Shown here piece after piece: positions 42,330 to 55,245 of a stretch of DNA of 64,000 nucleotides. The notes below the pieces were generated by a model. The model was not told the origin of the DNA, ran no database searches, and saw nothing but the letters and a program-made list of their open reading frames with translations. Numbering within the stretch: the stretch's first letter is position 1; each line of letters opens with the position of its first letter. The stretch spans positions 121,210,001-121,274,000 of the forward strand of contig OX597816.1 of the NCBI GenBank assembly GCA_951406725.2. The letters run 5' to 3'. A program made the translations under genes and the position numbers. The stretch comes from Octopus vulgaris (lineage: Eukaryota).

Positions 42330-43010
42330 ATTACTATACGTCCGGCTCTCCACAGCAAGAGAAGATTGGCAAAAGCGGTACATATAGTAGATATAGTAGT
42401 GGTAGTGAATGTAAACGGTCGAAAGAAGAATAGAAGAAACAGTGAGAAGAGGAAAAGATAAATTTAAAGATAGTCTGGTCAAAGCATGAGTCACTGATGG
42501 TTACGGTAGGTTACCTAAGCAGACAATAAATCAGTTAGAAACGGCAGCTGACTAGACATAGAAACAGAAAGAGATAAGTAATGAAGGAAAGGAATAGGAG
42601 TGGAGGTAGCGGAGATAGAAGTATGCTTAGATAAGAAGAATATGATACAAAGAGAAAAGGAGAAAGGAAATGGTATTAACATTGCTAAAATATATAAAGG
42701 GCTATATCCGCTACTGGGAGAAATCATAAAGACTTTACGTAATAAGAAATTATGGAAGAAAATTTATGCTTACACGAGAAGATTATGCCAGAAAATCTAT
42801 TGAGTAACGAAGTCTTATGATGGTGAAGAAAAGCGAGCGATTCCCTGAAATAATACTTACAAACACGACGGTTAGTGTTATACAAGGAGGCCTTACTAAC
42901 TACGGGCCAGGATAAGGTACAGAAAATGTCGTGGGACTTGATGTGATGTATATATGTAGCTAGGGAAGTAAAAACTTTAGAGTCTCTATTTGAGAATAAT
43001 TTCAAGTAGG
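42330..43010 (-). mobile_element. Possible highly degraded apurinic-type endonuclease of a CR1/Jockey-group LINE
   Basis: Minus-strand LFSNRDSKVFTSLATYIHHIKSHDIF and RRVCKYYFRESL loosely resemble the F.NIRGL..PDI and GGV..Y.R motifs. Confidence 0.3.
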
Positions 43011-43690
43011 CTCGGTAACGGTGCTTGAAATTAACTGTGTCGCCAATGTAGCCCCTAGCCCGGAGGGAACGCAGGGTTATTACCCGGCATTCATGTGCAT
43101 CTAACGGACATAGTTGAGAGACCCATCAATTACTGGTTTTCTCATTAGCGATGGGCTTAAAATGAATCCTATGTTGATTCATATGACCAGAGGTGTTATC
43201 GTTATTAGTATGGAGCTGCGAAAGGACATCACCGCAGTCACATGTGTTAGGGTTACAAGTACTAGGGGCGGCGATACAAGCATAGCTATCACTGAAGCGA
43301 GCAGGATTCCTGCAGCTCATAGTATTAGTAAATACTGTAAGGTAATCTTTTGTGACTGCATTACATAAATAAAATTCTACCGAAACAGTAGTCGTAAATT
43401 TTAACGCCATTTGTATTTATATATAATACTTTACATATGATATCTTCATTTCTATATGCGTATATATGTATTTGCTTGTATGATTGTACTGCCTTTTAAA
43501 ATGGGAGAACATAAGCCATTGTTTAGACAGAATATGAACTCAGAACGTAAAGAGTCGTAAAAAATGTCGCTCAACATTTCTCATATGCGATACATATGTG
43601 AGCTTCCTCTAATTAATTTAAGATATCGGTACAATACTGCTTTCGTTTTACCCGACGACACGCGCACAGTATGGTATAAGAACCCACAGT

Positions 43691-44306
43691 ATGGTAGAAG
43701 CCATAGCCACACATATTAAGGAGGAGTATTGGTGGAACGTCCCAGTGAAAACCTCAATAAAATGTAAGTACAACACACCTGATATAATGAATTGGGATAA
43801 AGAGAAACTGTGTACAGTTGTGGAAATCAGTTGTCCAGCAGATGTTAACATAAAGCTGAATATCAGTGAAAAAGAGAATGCCTACGCTGAATTATTGAGA
43901 AATCTGCAGTTACTTTATCCAGATTACAAGTTCAGGTTTATACCTGTAATTATTGGAGACCTGGGATATGTAAGAAACTGCCTAAATACCAATCTTGAGA
44001 AATTAGGCTTCTCAAAATCAAAATGGAGAAAGCTAATTCGAAGACTACAGATCCAATCCATCACTAGAACTGTAAAAATCTGTAAAACTTTCCAGAAGTT
44101 TATCATTTAAATATACATGAGCATGTCTAGATGTGCAACTATGTGCATGAGAATACATACATAAAACAAAACATATAAATCTGCACATATACATACATAC
44201 AAACCAAAATACCCTGTTGTTGATATTGAAATTCCAATGAAGGAACCTTGGATCTAGGTTAGGAACAGGCTCTTTATCGGCAAGAAATCTTGAAATAAAA
44301 CTGAAT
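43691..44306 (+). mobile_element. Divergent restriction-like-endonuclease non-LTR retrotransposon 3' fragment
   Basis: YWWNVPV..NTPDIMNWDKEK.CTVVEISCP..EKENAY..IPVIIGDLG; 3' UTR has AATAAA followed by (TACA)n. Confidence 0.85.
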
Positions 44307-44661
44307 GTCATACATACATGCATACACACAGACAGACAGGCAGACTGACATACGCACGTAGGCACACTTGCCCTAGGTGCCAACGCACTGATACTGAACC
44401 AGGAAACATGTGGCTGAGAAGCAAACTTCTTACCACATAGCTAGGCCTCTGTGTACATATATGAAATATAATGTGCTGGTGTATCTCAAGTATAAGGCTA
44501 CGCCGTTCGTAGGAAGATAAAGGAAGATGAGATACTTTAACTGAATTAGTTAAGAGAAGTTAAAAGAAATTAGAAGCAATTAAGAACGAGACAAGAAAGG
44601 TGAAAAGGTGAGGGTGGGGGTTTTAAGCTTTAAAGGACATTTTTGGGTGTTATCTTTTATG

Positions 44662-45068
44662 TTTTACTTGATTCATTCATTAGACTGCGGCCATGCTGGG
44701 ACATTGGATTGAAGGATTTTGGTCGAACGGATCGACACCAGTACATTTTTTTAAGGCCCGGTACTTATTCTAACGGTTGTTTTGCCGGACCGCTACCTTA
44801 CGGGGATGTAAACACATCAGCACTGGTTGTGAAATGGTGGTGGTGGTGGTTGTGGTGGGGTACAAACACAGACACAAAGACACAGATACACACACAGACA
44901 CACACTTACACACACACAAATCTTTCAATTTCTATCAACCAAATCCACTCACAAGGCTTTGGTCGGCCCGAGGCTATAGTAGAAGACACTTGCCCAAGGT
45001 GCCACACAGTGGGACTGAACCCAGACCCATGTGGTTGGGAAGCAAACTCCTAGCCATACAGCCACACC
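44662..45068 (-). mobile_element. SINE family A (diverged 3' half)
   Basis: Reverse-complement homology to the other copies. Confidence 0.8.
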
Positions 45069-45494
45069 CACACACGAATTTTAGAGATTCTTTCAGATTT
45101 TCTAAAAAAAATAATAATAAATAAATGATAAATAAATTTTTTCACCTTTTCACATCTTGCTTTTAACTCCTTTTAACTTCTCTTAATTTATTCAATTACA
45201 GTATTTCACCCTCCTCCTTTACCTTACTAATCCATTCCTATTTATAGTGTTATCCTGTTCTCTTACTATTACTATTTATAATATATATATAGAAGGTAAG
45301 GTTAGAACCCGTGTATAGGTCGCTACATGTATCAGTATGTGTGGGTAGTTGCTTTCGATCTACAGTTGCACATCCGGCTTTGTATTAGCGTGTATCTGCA
45401 TGTAATATAATTCCATTTGTGACAGTGTATGTATGTATGTATGTATGTATGTATGTATGTGTATATCTATCTATCTATCTATCTATCTATCTAC

Positions 45495-45525
<31 letters not shown>

Positions 45526-45590
45526 GCTAGCTAGCTAGCTAGCTAGCTAGCTAGCTAGCTAGCTATCTGTCAATCTATCTATCTATCTAT

Positions 45591-47050
45591 CTAGTTTATA
45601 GAGCCAAGGTGCAAGTGGAAGGCTCATCGGAATACAAGACATACACAGGGGCTTCAGAAAATTCATTTAAAACAAGATTTTATTCTCATAAGAATTCTTT
45701 TAAATACCCAGAGAATAGAAAGAAAACCAGCCTAGCAAAATATGTCTGGGAACTAAAAGAAAAGGAAGCCCCACCTTTCAACGTGACATGGAGCATTCTG
45801 GACAGGGCGGCACCATACAGGCATGGAGCTTACAAATATAATTTCAAGTGCAGGCTTTGCTTATTAGAAAAAATGCACATATTATTCAAAGACAATAATT
45901 CTTTGAATCAAAGAAGTGAATTAATGAACTTATGTAGGCACACGGCTAAATTTAAAATGTCGAATATAAATATACCATATGGATAGAGTATATATTTTGT
46001 ATTTTGATTTTTGATTTTGATTTTGACTCTTGAGCGCTACGACGGACCTATAGCAAAGTCTTATTGTTTCTACATATATATTAGGAAAACCTACAAACTT
46101 TGTTTTCATGTTATTGTATTGCATAAGATTACCTTGATTATTTATATTACCTTGATTATTTATAAATGACCCAAAATAGGATGTTATATTTTATTTTATA
46201 TGTCTTTCGTATATATTTTTATTAATGCACCCATTTTTTAAAAGCAATGTTTTTTTAAAAAAGCAATGTTGTCAAATTTAGAATGTTTATATAAGTTTGT
46301 GTATAGCAAAGCATATATATTTGTAAGCATGCGTATCTGTGTATGTGTAAGTGAAAGTATGCTTGTGCTTAAGCACGCATACACACGACGGTATGTATAT
46401 GTATCAATTCAAACTTGTGTATGTATACTGGCCTCTATAGATGCCAATAATATCGCTACAAGTTTTTTCCCCACCCCTCCTTCGTTCCTTTTTCTCTCTT
46501 TCCCTTTCTTTCGTTCCCCCTCCTTGCTCAGTATATGAGAATTGCTACATAGATGAATTTTAGCTTGCGTGCGAGACGGTTTGCGTGAATATATGTACAC
46601 ATGCTTTTATGTGTATAATTTAGATTCATATTCATACGTCTGTATATGTATGTATGGCGTTTACGCGCATCCTTTTGTGTATGTTGATATATATATGTGG
46701 ATTTTAATATAAATATGTATTGAAGTATTTATAACAGGTTTAATTTCTATGCATTAATTTGTACTGTCTTCATTAACGGCAATAGGTTTTTTCCTCGGAT
46801 TTTATAATTTTTATAAGTTTTTTTATATATATATACATATATTTTTGACCTTTTTGTTTATCGCTCGAAGATTGACCGTTTTTTCTAAAGGGCCAATCAA
46901 ACAAGTCCATTTCTTTTTAAAGGTGTAGCGTTTGTAAGAGTATAGATTGAATTAATATATATGTTCCATTCTAGCAAAAACTGTCTGATGAACGGCAACG
47001 AGAAACTCAGAGTAACAGATTTTGTTGAATTTTCTGCTGCTTAAAATAAA

Positions 47051-47055
<5 letters not shown>
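45591..47055 (+). mobile_element. Penelope-like element 3' fragment: GIY-YIG endonuclease, 3' region and hammerhead
   Basis: LVYRAKV..KTYTGASENSFKTRFYSH..LAKYVWELK..CRLCLLEK..LNQRSELMNLCRH (GIY/YIG equivalents plus conserved R, E, N); hammerhead and AATAAA about 1 kb downstream on the same strand, then (TA)n. Continuity across the interval is inferred. Confidence 0.8.
46981..47018 (+). ncRNA. Minimal type I hammerhead ribozyme motif
   Basis: ctgt CTGATGA a cg GCAA cg a GAAA ctcaga GTA acag; stem I extends (gcaaaaactgt/acagattttgt); stem III ACTCAGAGT is self-complementary. Confidence 0.8.
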
Positions 47056-47093
<38 letters not shown>

Positions 47094-47482
47094 GTGTGTG
47101 TGTATATATGTATATAAATTAATTTTATGTGGGATTGTATTTTTGTATATTTGAGTATATATATCAGCGCTTGTGTGTGTAGAAATATCTGTAGCTATAT
47201 GTACGTTTTTGTGAACTGGTTATCTGCGGTGTGAGTTTCTCACTGTATGTAAGAAGGTTTCTTTCTGTGTAAATGTGTGTTTTGTGTATGTGTATGCAAG
47301 TCAACATCTTTTTGTGCGTGTATGTACGTGAATATCTGTTTACTGGGAACACTGTGAGTTTCAACGTACCCGCGTTTGTATCTGTATATGCGCGCATGTA
47401 TATTTGTCTGTGCATGTGTATATATATACAATTATCTGTCTGTTCTGTGTGCGTCTCTGTGAATGTACGTGACATTACATAC

Positions 47483-47556
<74 letters not shown>

Positions 47557-48473
47557 AGCCCTCAGACCGGCGCAACTAGTTGTGAGAAGCGTGTGAACTG
47601 GCCTAGTGACACACTTTCAGATTTTTACTACTGCTGTCGAGGAAGTGGGGGTGCTGACTGACTGAGTGAGGGATCGAGCTAGTGAGTGAGTGAGCGAGCG
47701 AGTGAGTGTGTGAGTGAGTGAGAGAGACATAAATGGCCGTACGCTTCTGTATATGTTTGTGTTTGTATATATGTAAATATGTATGTGAGCGTGTGAGTAA
47801 AACAATGAGTGACTAAATGTATATGTGTGTGTGTGATCGTATATTACTGAGTGAGTATATGTGTCACAAATTGGTAAGTGTTATGTGTGTATATGTGTGT
47901 TTGTGTGTGTGTGAAAGGCTGAATATGAAGGTGTATGTGCAAGTAAACGTGAGTGCGTATCAGCAAATACGTCTGTATGTGTGTGACTATATGTAAATGT
48001 GTAAATACGCACACACGTATGTGAACGTGGATGTGTGCTTTTTGTGTGAATGACCGTGAATGAGTGTTAAAGTATATATACATGAGTGTGTGTGTGTGTG
48101 TCTTTTTGTATGTATGAATCTATGTAAGTATGTATGTATGGATGTGTATGTGTGTGTATGTGTGAATAAACGTGAATAAGTAAAGAGGGAGTATATTAGT
48201 AAAGTTTGAGTAAGTTTGTGTGTAGGTGAATAAGTGAGTAAATGAAGATGAGTGAGTGAAGGATGAAAATTATGAGTGATCCATTCGAATATATTCTGTG
48301 AGTGAATGAGACTGTGTGTGAATGGGAATAAGTTACTAAGTGTCACAGTGGACGTGAGTGAAGGAAAAGGCAATAAAGAGAAAACGAGTGAAAGCGAGCG
48401 AGAGGTGAGGATAATGAGTCAGCATATAAGTGAGGGGCGGATATTAGAGTGAAAACATCCAGAGAGAGAGGGG

Positions 48474-48785
48474 AAGAAGAAGAAGAAGAAGAAGAAGAAG
48501 AAGAAGAAGAAGAAGAAGAAGAAGAGAAGAAGAAGAAGAAGAAGGAGAAGAAGAGAGAAGAAGAAGAAGAAGAAGAAGAAGAAGAAGAAGAAGAAGAAGA
48601 AGAAGAAGAAGAAGAAGAAGAAGAAGAAGAAGAAGAAGAAGAAGAAGAAGAAGAAGAAGAAGAAGAAGAAGAAGAAGAAGAAGAAGAAGAAGAAGAAGAA
48701 GAAGAAGAAGAAGAAGAAGAAGAAGAAGAAGAAGAAGAAGAAGAAGAAGAAGAAGAAGAAGAAGAAGAAGAAGAAGAAGAAGAAG
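48474..48785. repeat. (GAA)n array, about 310 bp
   Basis: Direct reading; it explains the poly-E, poly-F and poly-L ORFs. Confidence 0.97.
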
Positions 48786-48849
48786 CGAAAGAGCAAAGGA
48801 TGAACGAGCGGGCAAATAATAAATTAAGAAAATGTGCAGTAAGAACATA

Positions 48850-49032
48850 ATTCTAGCTACTATAGGCACGGAGTTTGAAGTTTTGGGTAGGTGGGGCTTG
48901 TTGATTACATCGATCCCAGTGCTTTCATCGGCCCTCGAACGGTATGAAGGGCAAAGTCGACCTCGGCTGAATTTGAACTCGAAACGTAAAATCAGAAGAA
49001 ATGCCTCTAAGTATTTTAGTTCGGCGCGATGG
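48850..49032 (-). mobile_element. SINE family B
   Basis: Reverse-complement homology to 4533-4745. Confidence 0.75.
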
Positions 49033-49842
49033 TAGGAGTGAGTGAGTCTATGTGTGAGTGAGCAAACTGTGAGTTGGTGGGAACAAGTTTCTGGGCAGAC
49101 AGATAGAGTGAACATGTGGTAACAACACATTTCCTCTCCTCTCCCACCCACGGCACTATTTACTTCTTCCGACTATTCTAATCACCGTTCATTTCTGCTC
49201 TATTTAATTAGTTAATTGCGTACCATGTCCACCTAGGCCCACACGGCAAGCCTAACATTTGCTTTATCGTCCACCCTGTCATGTATTCACAACAGGTTTC
49301 GTGTGTGTGTGTCTGTCTGTGTGTTTATTTGTTTGTGTATTTGTATTTGTATGTGTATGTCTAATTTTATGTGTGAGTATGTGTTAGTCGCAGTTACTGC
49401 ATGTAAGCCTGCCATACCCGTGTGGGTCTGTACAGCCACAGCGAACGCTGCACCGCCATTTTCAGCTGACAAAATTCTCTACGAGAAGATCCATGGTCTT
49501 TCGAGACCGACGAATGTCGTAGAGACGTGTTACAATATCTTATAGGTCAAGTTTTTTGATGAGTAACCTTATTTTCTATGCATCTCCTATGTGCTTCAGT
49601 TCAAATTTTTAAAATACCTTCGAATCCTTTGAACCACCAGACGAAAAATGTACTTGCATCAGGATCATAACAGAACTCCGTGATGCTGTTTGTAATTGTG
49701 TCGATGGAAACTGAATATGTGACTTACTTGATCACTGAGCTGTTATTCGCTTACTCAATGTCTTGATCAGTCGCATTTGAGCCACTTCATACTGGGACTG
49801 TTGCGGCTTCAAAACTTTCCTCTATTGTTCGGCAGTCGTCGA

Positions 49843-49975
49843 CGTTAGTTAGTTAGTTAGTTAGTTAATTTGGCTCAAAAGCAAATAGCAAGGCCATGTA
49901 GGGGGACATGGAGTTAAGTACAGGGTGGTGTTCATGTAAAGAGTTCAGGCCACTTGAGGTCCAGGGAGGCTTTCA
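49843..49975 (-). mobile_element. Probable LINE 3' end with (TAAC)n tail
   Basis: Complex sequence ending on the minus strand in GAGCCAAAT(TAAC)n; no coding motif recognised. Confidence 0.4.
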
Positions 49976-50061
49976 TACATCTTTTAAAACCTACTTTTAC
50001 TATTTTGTGAATATCGTTTGATACACACATGCACGCGCGCATTTATATATAGATATATCTA

Positions 50062-50206
<145 letters not shown>

Positions 50207-50243
50207 GAATGGAGTTGAACGACGAATTAACAAAATTCCTTTA

Positions 50244-50326
50244 TTTTCGACACATGTTTCGAAGGCTGCATATTCCTAATTGAGAAGGAATAAGGAGTAT
50301 ATTATGCCGCTTTCTCATCAGGAAAA
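50244..50326 (-). ncRNA. Type I hammerhead ribozyme motif with canonical GUC site
   Basis: Minus strand ttttc CTGATGA gaaagcggcata..tatgcagccttc GAAA catgt GTC gaaaa: 5-bp stem I, 10 of 12 bp stem II with G10.1:C11.1, stem III ACA/TGT. Confidence 0.85.
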
Positions 50327-50395
50327 GCAAGGAACTTATGTCAACATCAAGATGCACAAAAAACTTTTAGATGACTGCTCACACGGAGCCCATAA

Positions 50396-50598
50396 AGTTA
50401 ATCCAAACATGAAAACACAAAGAGAAAACACAACAACGCGAGGACGTGGAACAAGTATAGTATTATTGGACGTTCAGGAAAGAAGGAGGGTTTAACGTTT
50501 CGAGCGGAGCTCTTCGTCAGAAACATAGGGGAAGGAAAGATCCAAAGAAGGGAAGACGGAGGGAAAAAAATCGCCAACGGTATACACGCGGTCACATG
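50396..50598 (-). mobile_element. About 200-bp hammerhead-bearing repeat, copy 1 (motif at 50490-50524)
   Basis: Three homologous copies in the window; minus strand gttt CTGACGA a gagc tcc gctc GAAA c GTT aaac. Confidence 0.8.
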
Positions 50599-50683
50599 CA
50601 TATATATATATATGCATACATCAAGTACTAGTCTATCTATCTACCTACCTATCTACGCACACGCACACACACACACACACAGA

Positions 50684-50764
<81 letters not shown>

Positions 50765-51509
50765 CAAAAACTTTATTTTTCGTCCATTATTCCATTTATT
50801 TTCATTTTGTTCCCTTTACCTCACTTTCTCTCCTTTCCTTTTGATAAAATGTTAAAGATATATATCTAATTCTCCACGCGTTAAACATATTTAACTCTTC
50901 TTTTGTTATTTTTGTTGTCTGTGGTTGATTTCATCATTGAAATATTTATGCACAGCATGCTATGTTCTTCATAAATATTCATTCATTAATCATTTCATTA
51001 CATCGCGGAAAAACGCGCTGTATGAAAATTAGTCTAGCCATTGCGTCTAACTGATTGTCTGTGTTTGATTTAAACAGCGATTTGTTATAAATTCCATTCA
51101 CAGGTAAAACAATGAGTTGGTAGATGTCGTACGATGATTGGTCAATAAACTGTGAAATATGTCAAAACAAGCCCTAAATTATTTTATACGAAAAGCATAG
51201 CAGAATATATTTACATCTGTTTAAAATTTCAGAGTGATGGGTTAAACCTGTAGTTTAAAGTTTAATTGCTCTAAATTTCTGTTACACATTAGGTTGTAGG
51301 CGGAGGCATGGCTGTGTGGTTATGGTTCAATCCGACAACGTGTTACATTCTCTTCTACTATAACTGCGAGCCGACCAATGCCTTATGAGTGAATTTGGTG
51401 GACAGAAATTGTGTAGAAGCCAGTCGTATTCACACACATACACACATACATACACACGCACGCAAGCACACACACATACACATACACACACATATATATA
51501 TATATATAT

Positions 51510-51544
<35 letters not shown>

Positions 51545-51752
51545 TATACATACATACATACACACACACACACGCACACACATATATATATACATATACA
51601 TACACACACTCACACACACACATATATATACATACATACATACACGCGCACATACCGTCAAAGAATCCAGAAGTCAGAAAAATATGTACTCGTATATTTG
51701 TCGATAGAGTGGGTATATTAATCGAAGTGTACAGTATTATATAGTCATTAAA

Positions 51753-51949
51753 GCTGGTCTTACCAATCGGGTTCGCACAAGGGATTCAACTGTTTGTTAG
51801 ATAATAACCCGATTATGTAACCCCGCGCTCATTTTTCTGCCATATTTCCTTCCATACCTGCTCACTCTCAAGAGTGCAGTGTTACATAATCAGGCTGTTA
51901 TCTAACATCTCATTGGAGCCCTTGTGCGAAACCGATTAGTAACATCGGC
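51753..51949. mobile_element. MITE-like imperfect hairpin (about 78-bp arms)
   Basis: 51753-51830 pairs with 51872-51949 (TTACCAATCGGGTTCGCACAAGGG / CCCTTGTGCGAAACCGATTAGTAA). Confidence 0.65.
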
Positions 51950-51967
51950 GTAACAGATATATCATAT

Positions 51968-52012
<45 letters not shown>

Positions 52013-52015
<3 letters not shown>

Positions 52016-52915
52016 AAATAAGAAAGTGGAGGAATAGATTTCTTTCAATCATCAACTACTAGATAATACCAATTCATATAGTTTATTGACTAATTATTTA
52101 GGAACATCCAGATCAAACAGAATAATACAGAATAAAACAGTACACATCAATAAGTAAGGTAATACCATAAGAAAAATGCATATAAAATGTATCTTACAGC
52201 TGTTTCAGCCTGTAGATAAGAGTATCTCATTATGCTCATATTAGTCAGATGTATTGAGGTAATATGCAGTTAAAAATGAGTTACTTATATATATATCTCA
52301 AGGCCTCGTCAGAGATTATAAAGTACAATTATAAAGGTATAAAATGAAGATATAAAGTGCAAATATGAATATTAAAGAAGGTACACATATACAAGAATAA
52401 GCATATATACATATATACATATACATATAAGTTTATATACACCTACATATTGATTAACTGTAACCTTATGTGCTTGTATATTATTATGTATATACTTATA
52501 TACATGTATATGTAGGTGTATATAAACTTATATGTATATGTATATATGTATATATGCTTATTCTTGTATATGTGTACCTTCTTTAATATTCATATTTGCA
52601 CTTTATATCTTCATTTTATACCTTTATAATTGTACTTTATAATCTTTGACGAGGCCTTGAGATATATATATATATATAAGTAACTCATTTTTAACTGCAT
52701 ATTACCTCATATCTACAGGCTGAAACAGCTGTAATATCCATTTTATATGTATTGTTCTTATGGTATTATCTTACTTATCGATGTGTACTGTTTTATTCTG
52801 TATTATTCTGTTTGATCTGGATGTTCCTAAATAATTAATTAATAAATTACATGAATTGGTATTATCTAGTAGTTGATGATCGAAAGAAATCTATTCCTCC
52901 ATTTTCTTATTTTGT
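52013..52915. repeat. Long inverted duplication (arms 52013-52450 and 52508-52915) of a hammerhead-bearing pLTR-like sequence
   Basis: Arms are reverse complements with scattered substitutions and one ~38-nt indel; (TA)n to the left. Confidence 0.93.
52191..52316 (-). ncRNA. Type I hammerhead motif with large stem II loop
   Basis: Minus strand atct CTGACGA ggcct..aggct GAAA cagct GTA agat; the mirror copy at 52642-52737 (+) has a TTGACGA core. Confidence 0.75.
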
Positions 52916-53111
52916 ATTATGAATTTGAGGTAAAACATTTTACCTTCGCCCATATAATACAATAAATGAATTAATTGCATTGCAATTCTTAGCATTTATG
53001 TATTAGCCTTTATGGGTACTTTACTGGCTGTATATTGGATAAATGATATCCCATAGTGGGTTACACTCATAACCCCTATCTCACTTTCTAATTATATATA
53101 TATATATATAA

Positions 53112-53318
53112 TTAATCCAAACATGAACAAAGAGAAAATACAACAACGCGAGGACGTGGAACAAGTATAGTGTTATTGGTCGCTCAGGAAAGGAAAGAAA
53201 GAAGGAGGATTTAACGTTTCGAGCGGAGCTATTCGTCAGAAACACAGAAAAAGGAAAGGTCCAAGGAAGGGAAGACGGAGCAAGAAAATCGCCAACGATA
53301 CACACGCGGTCGCATATT
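53112..53318 (-). mobile_element. About 200-bp hammerhead-bearing repeat, copy 2 (motif at 53210-53242)
   Basis: Homologous to 50396-50598; abuts (TA)n; one stem II mismatch. Confidence 0.8.
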
Positions 53319-54613
53319 GAAAAAAGAAATATATATGTATATAGATATATAAATCTTTAGTTAAATATATTCAATGAGAATATTATATACTGAAATTATA
53401 TTGAGTGCTCAATTGTATCAAAGTATTAATACTATTAAAGTATTTATATATTTAATACGAGCGATATATACATATATATCTTTTAATAATATATTATTAT
53501 TAACATTAGGAAATCAATATCAAAACTCCTCAGAAAGATATACACTTGTGAAAATAGTTGTTGTATTAAAAATATATAAATAAATAAATAAATATAAATA
53601 TGTATAAAAATATATGTAAATATGTATAAGTATAAATATATAATGTATATGACAGTTTAAAATTTTTGAAGTAAATCTCATGGTGTGAAGAATCAACAAA
53701 TGCAGGTGAAACCAACACAACATGCGGTTGTAATGGTAACAAGCTGTTAATGCCCCGCTGTTAATTGACTATAATTACCCAAATTTTCCAGCTTTAATTC
53801 CAAATAACATCAGATTCTTTAATTTACGAGATTAAATAGGTTGATCGTAATCGAAATTCAGAGTAGTATCGATACACCAAAATTGAAAGCAATCTGAGCA
53901 AAATTAAAGGGGCTCATTTTGCAAATGAAAAAGACTAGATCCGTTGTTATTTTTCTGATTCTTAGTAATAATAGCGGCGGAAGCAATGGCGGTTACAGCC
54001 GAAACTTTGTCCCAGTGTGTAAGAACGACATTCATGTTGTGACAGAACTCTAACAACCGTAACTAAAGGTGAAAATTTCCTCTGACCTGTTTGTAAGAAG
54101 CAGCCGACAGCAAAAGAAACTAATCGACAGTATGAAAATAATGTCTTGAAAGGGCATTTATTTCCTGTTTGAGAATGTGTTGCTGCCTTTACTGGTACGG
54201 GGTTTGTGGCGATGAATGGTGTATCAGCTGTGTTCGTGAGATAATGATAGTTATGTTGGTGATGGTGGTAGTAATGAGAGGATGGTGACGGCGTTCTTAG
54301 TTATGGTCGTAGTGGTAGTGGTAGTGGTGGTGGCGATTGAGTAACTGATGCTGCTGGAAAATGATGAGATAATGATATTTTCATTGTTACTCTTATTGTT
54401 GTTGTGCTGTCTGCTGTTGGTGATGATATTTGTGATGTATCGGCTTTAGCTGCTAATGCTGATGTTGAACTCATAGAAGTGGTGTGATAATGGCGATACT
54501 AAAGACGGTATATAAAACAATGGTAATAGAACTAGAATTGATAGCGGTGACTGTGACGGCGCTATGTTGAAAGTGATGGCGATGACTGTTACAAAGTGTG
54601 TGTGTATGTGTGT

Positions 54614-54657
<44 letters not shown>

Positions 54658-54760
54658 GTTTTGTTCCAGTTATTGTCGGCGTCAGTGTTGAGATGGATTC
54701 GTAATGTAGATCAGTGGTTCTTTTGGGGTTCCATATAACATTTCATTGTTAAAATTTATA

Positions 54761-55008
54761 CTCTTTTACTTGCTTCAGTCATGTGACTGTGGCCATGCTG
54801 GAGCACCGCCTTTAGTCGAGCAAATCGACCCCAGGACTTAATCTTTGTAAGCCTAGTACTTATTCTATCGGGCTCTTTTGCCGAACCGCTAAGTTACGGG
54901 GACGTAAACACACCGGCATCGGTTGTCAAGCGATGTTGGGGGGACAAACGCAGACACACAAACATACACACACACATACATACATACATACATACATACA
55001 TACATACA

Positions 55009-55083
<75 letters not shown>

Positions 55084-55245
55084 GACGGGCTTCTTTCAGT
55101 TTCTGTCTAAGAAATCCACTCACAAGGCTTTGGTCGGCCCAAAGCTATAGTTGATGACTCTTGCCCAAGGTTCCACGCAGTGGGACTGAACCCAGAACAA
55201 TGTGGTTGGTAAGCAAGCTACTTACTACACAACCACTCCTACACC
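54761..55245 (-). mobile_element. SINE family A, full length
   Basis: Reverse-complement match with an expanded internal (TACA)n(TA)n. Confidence 0.92.

Noticed and set aside
43126-43410. Cys-rich 94-aa minus-strand ORF as a possible host exon
   Set aside because: No recognisable domain or convincing splice sites; it lies just upstream of a probable decayed LINE.
48419-49151. Poly-E, poly-F and poly-L ORFs
   Set aside because: Product of the (GAA)n array.
53860-54110. Unique-looking segment as a possible exon, and GCCGAAACTTTGTC as a hammerhead half
   Set aside because: Only short frames with no recognisable homology; no CTGANGA upstream of the GAAA.
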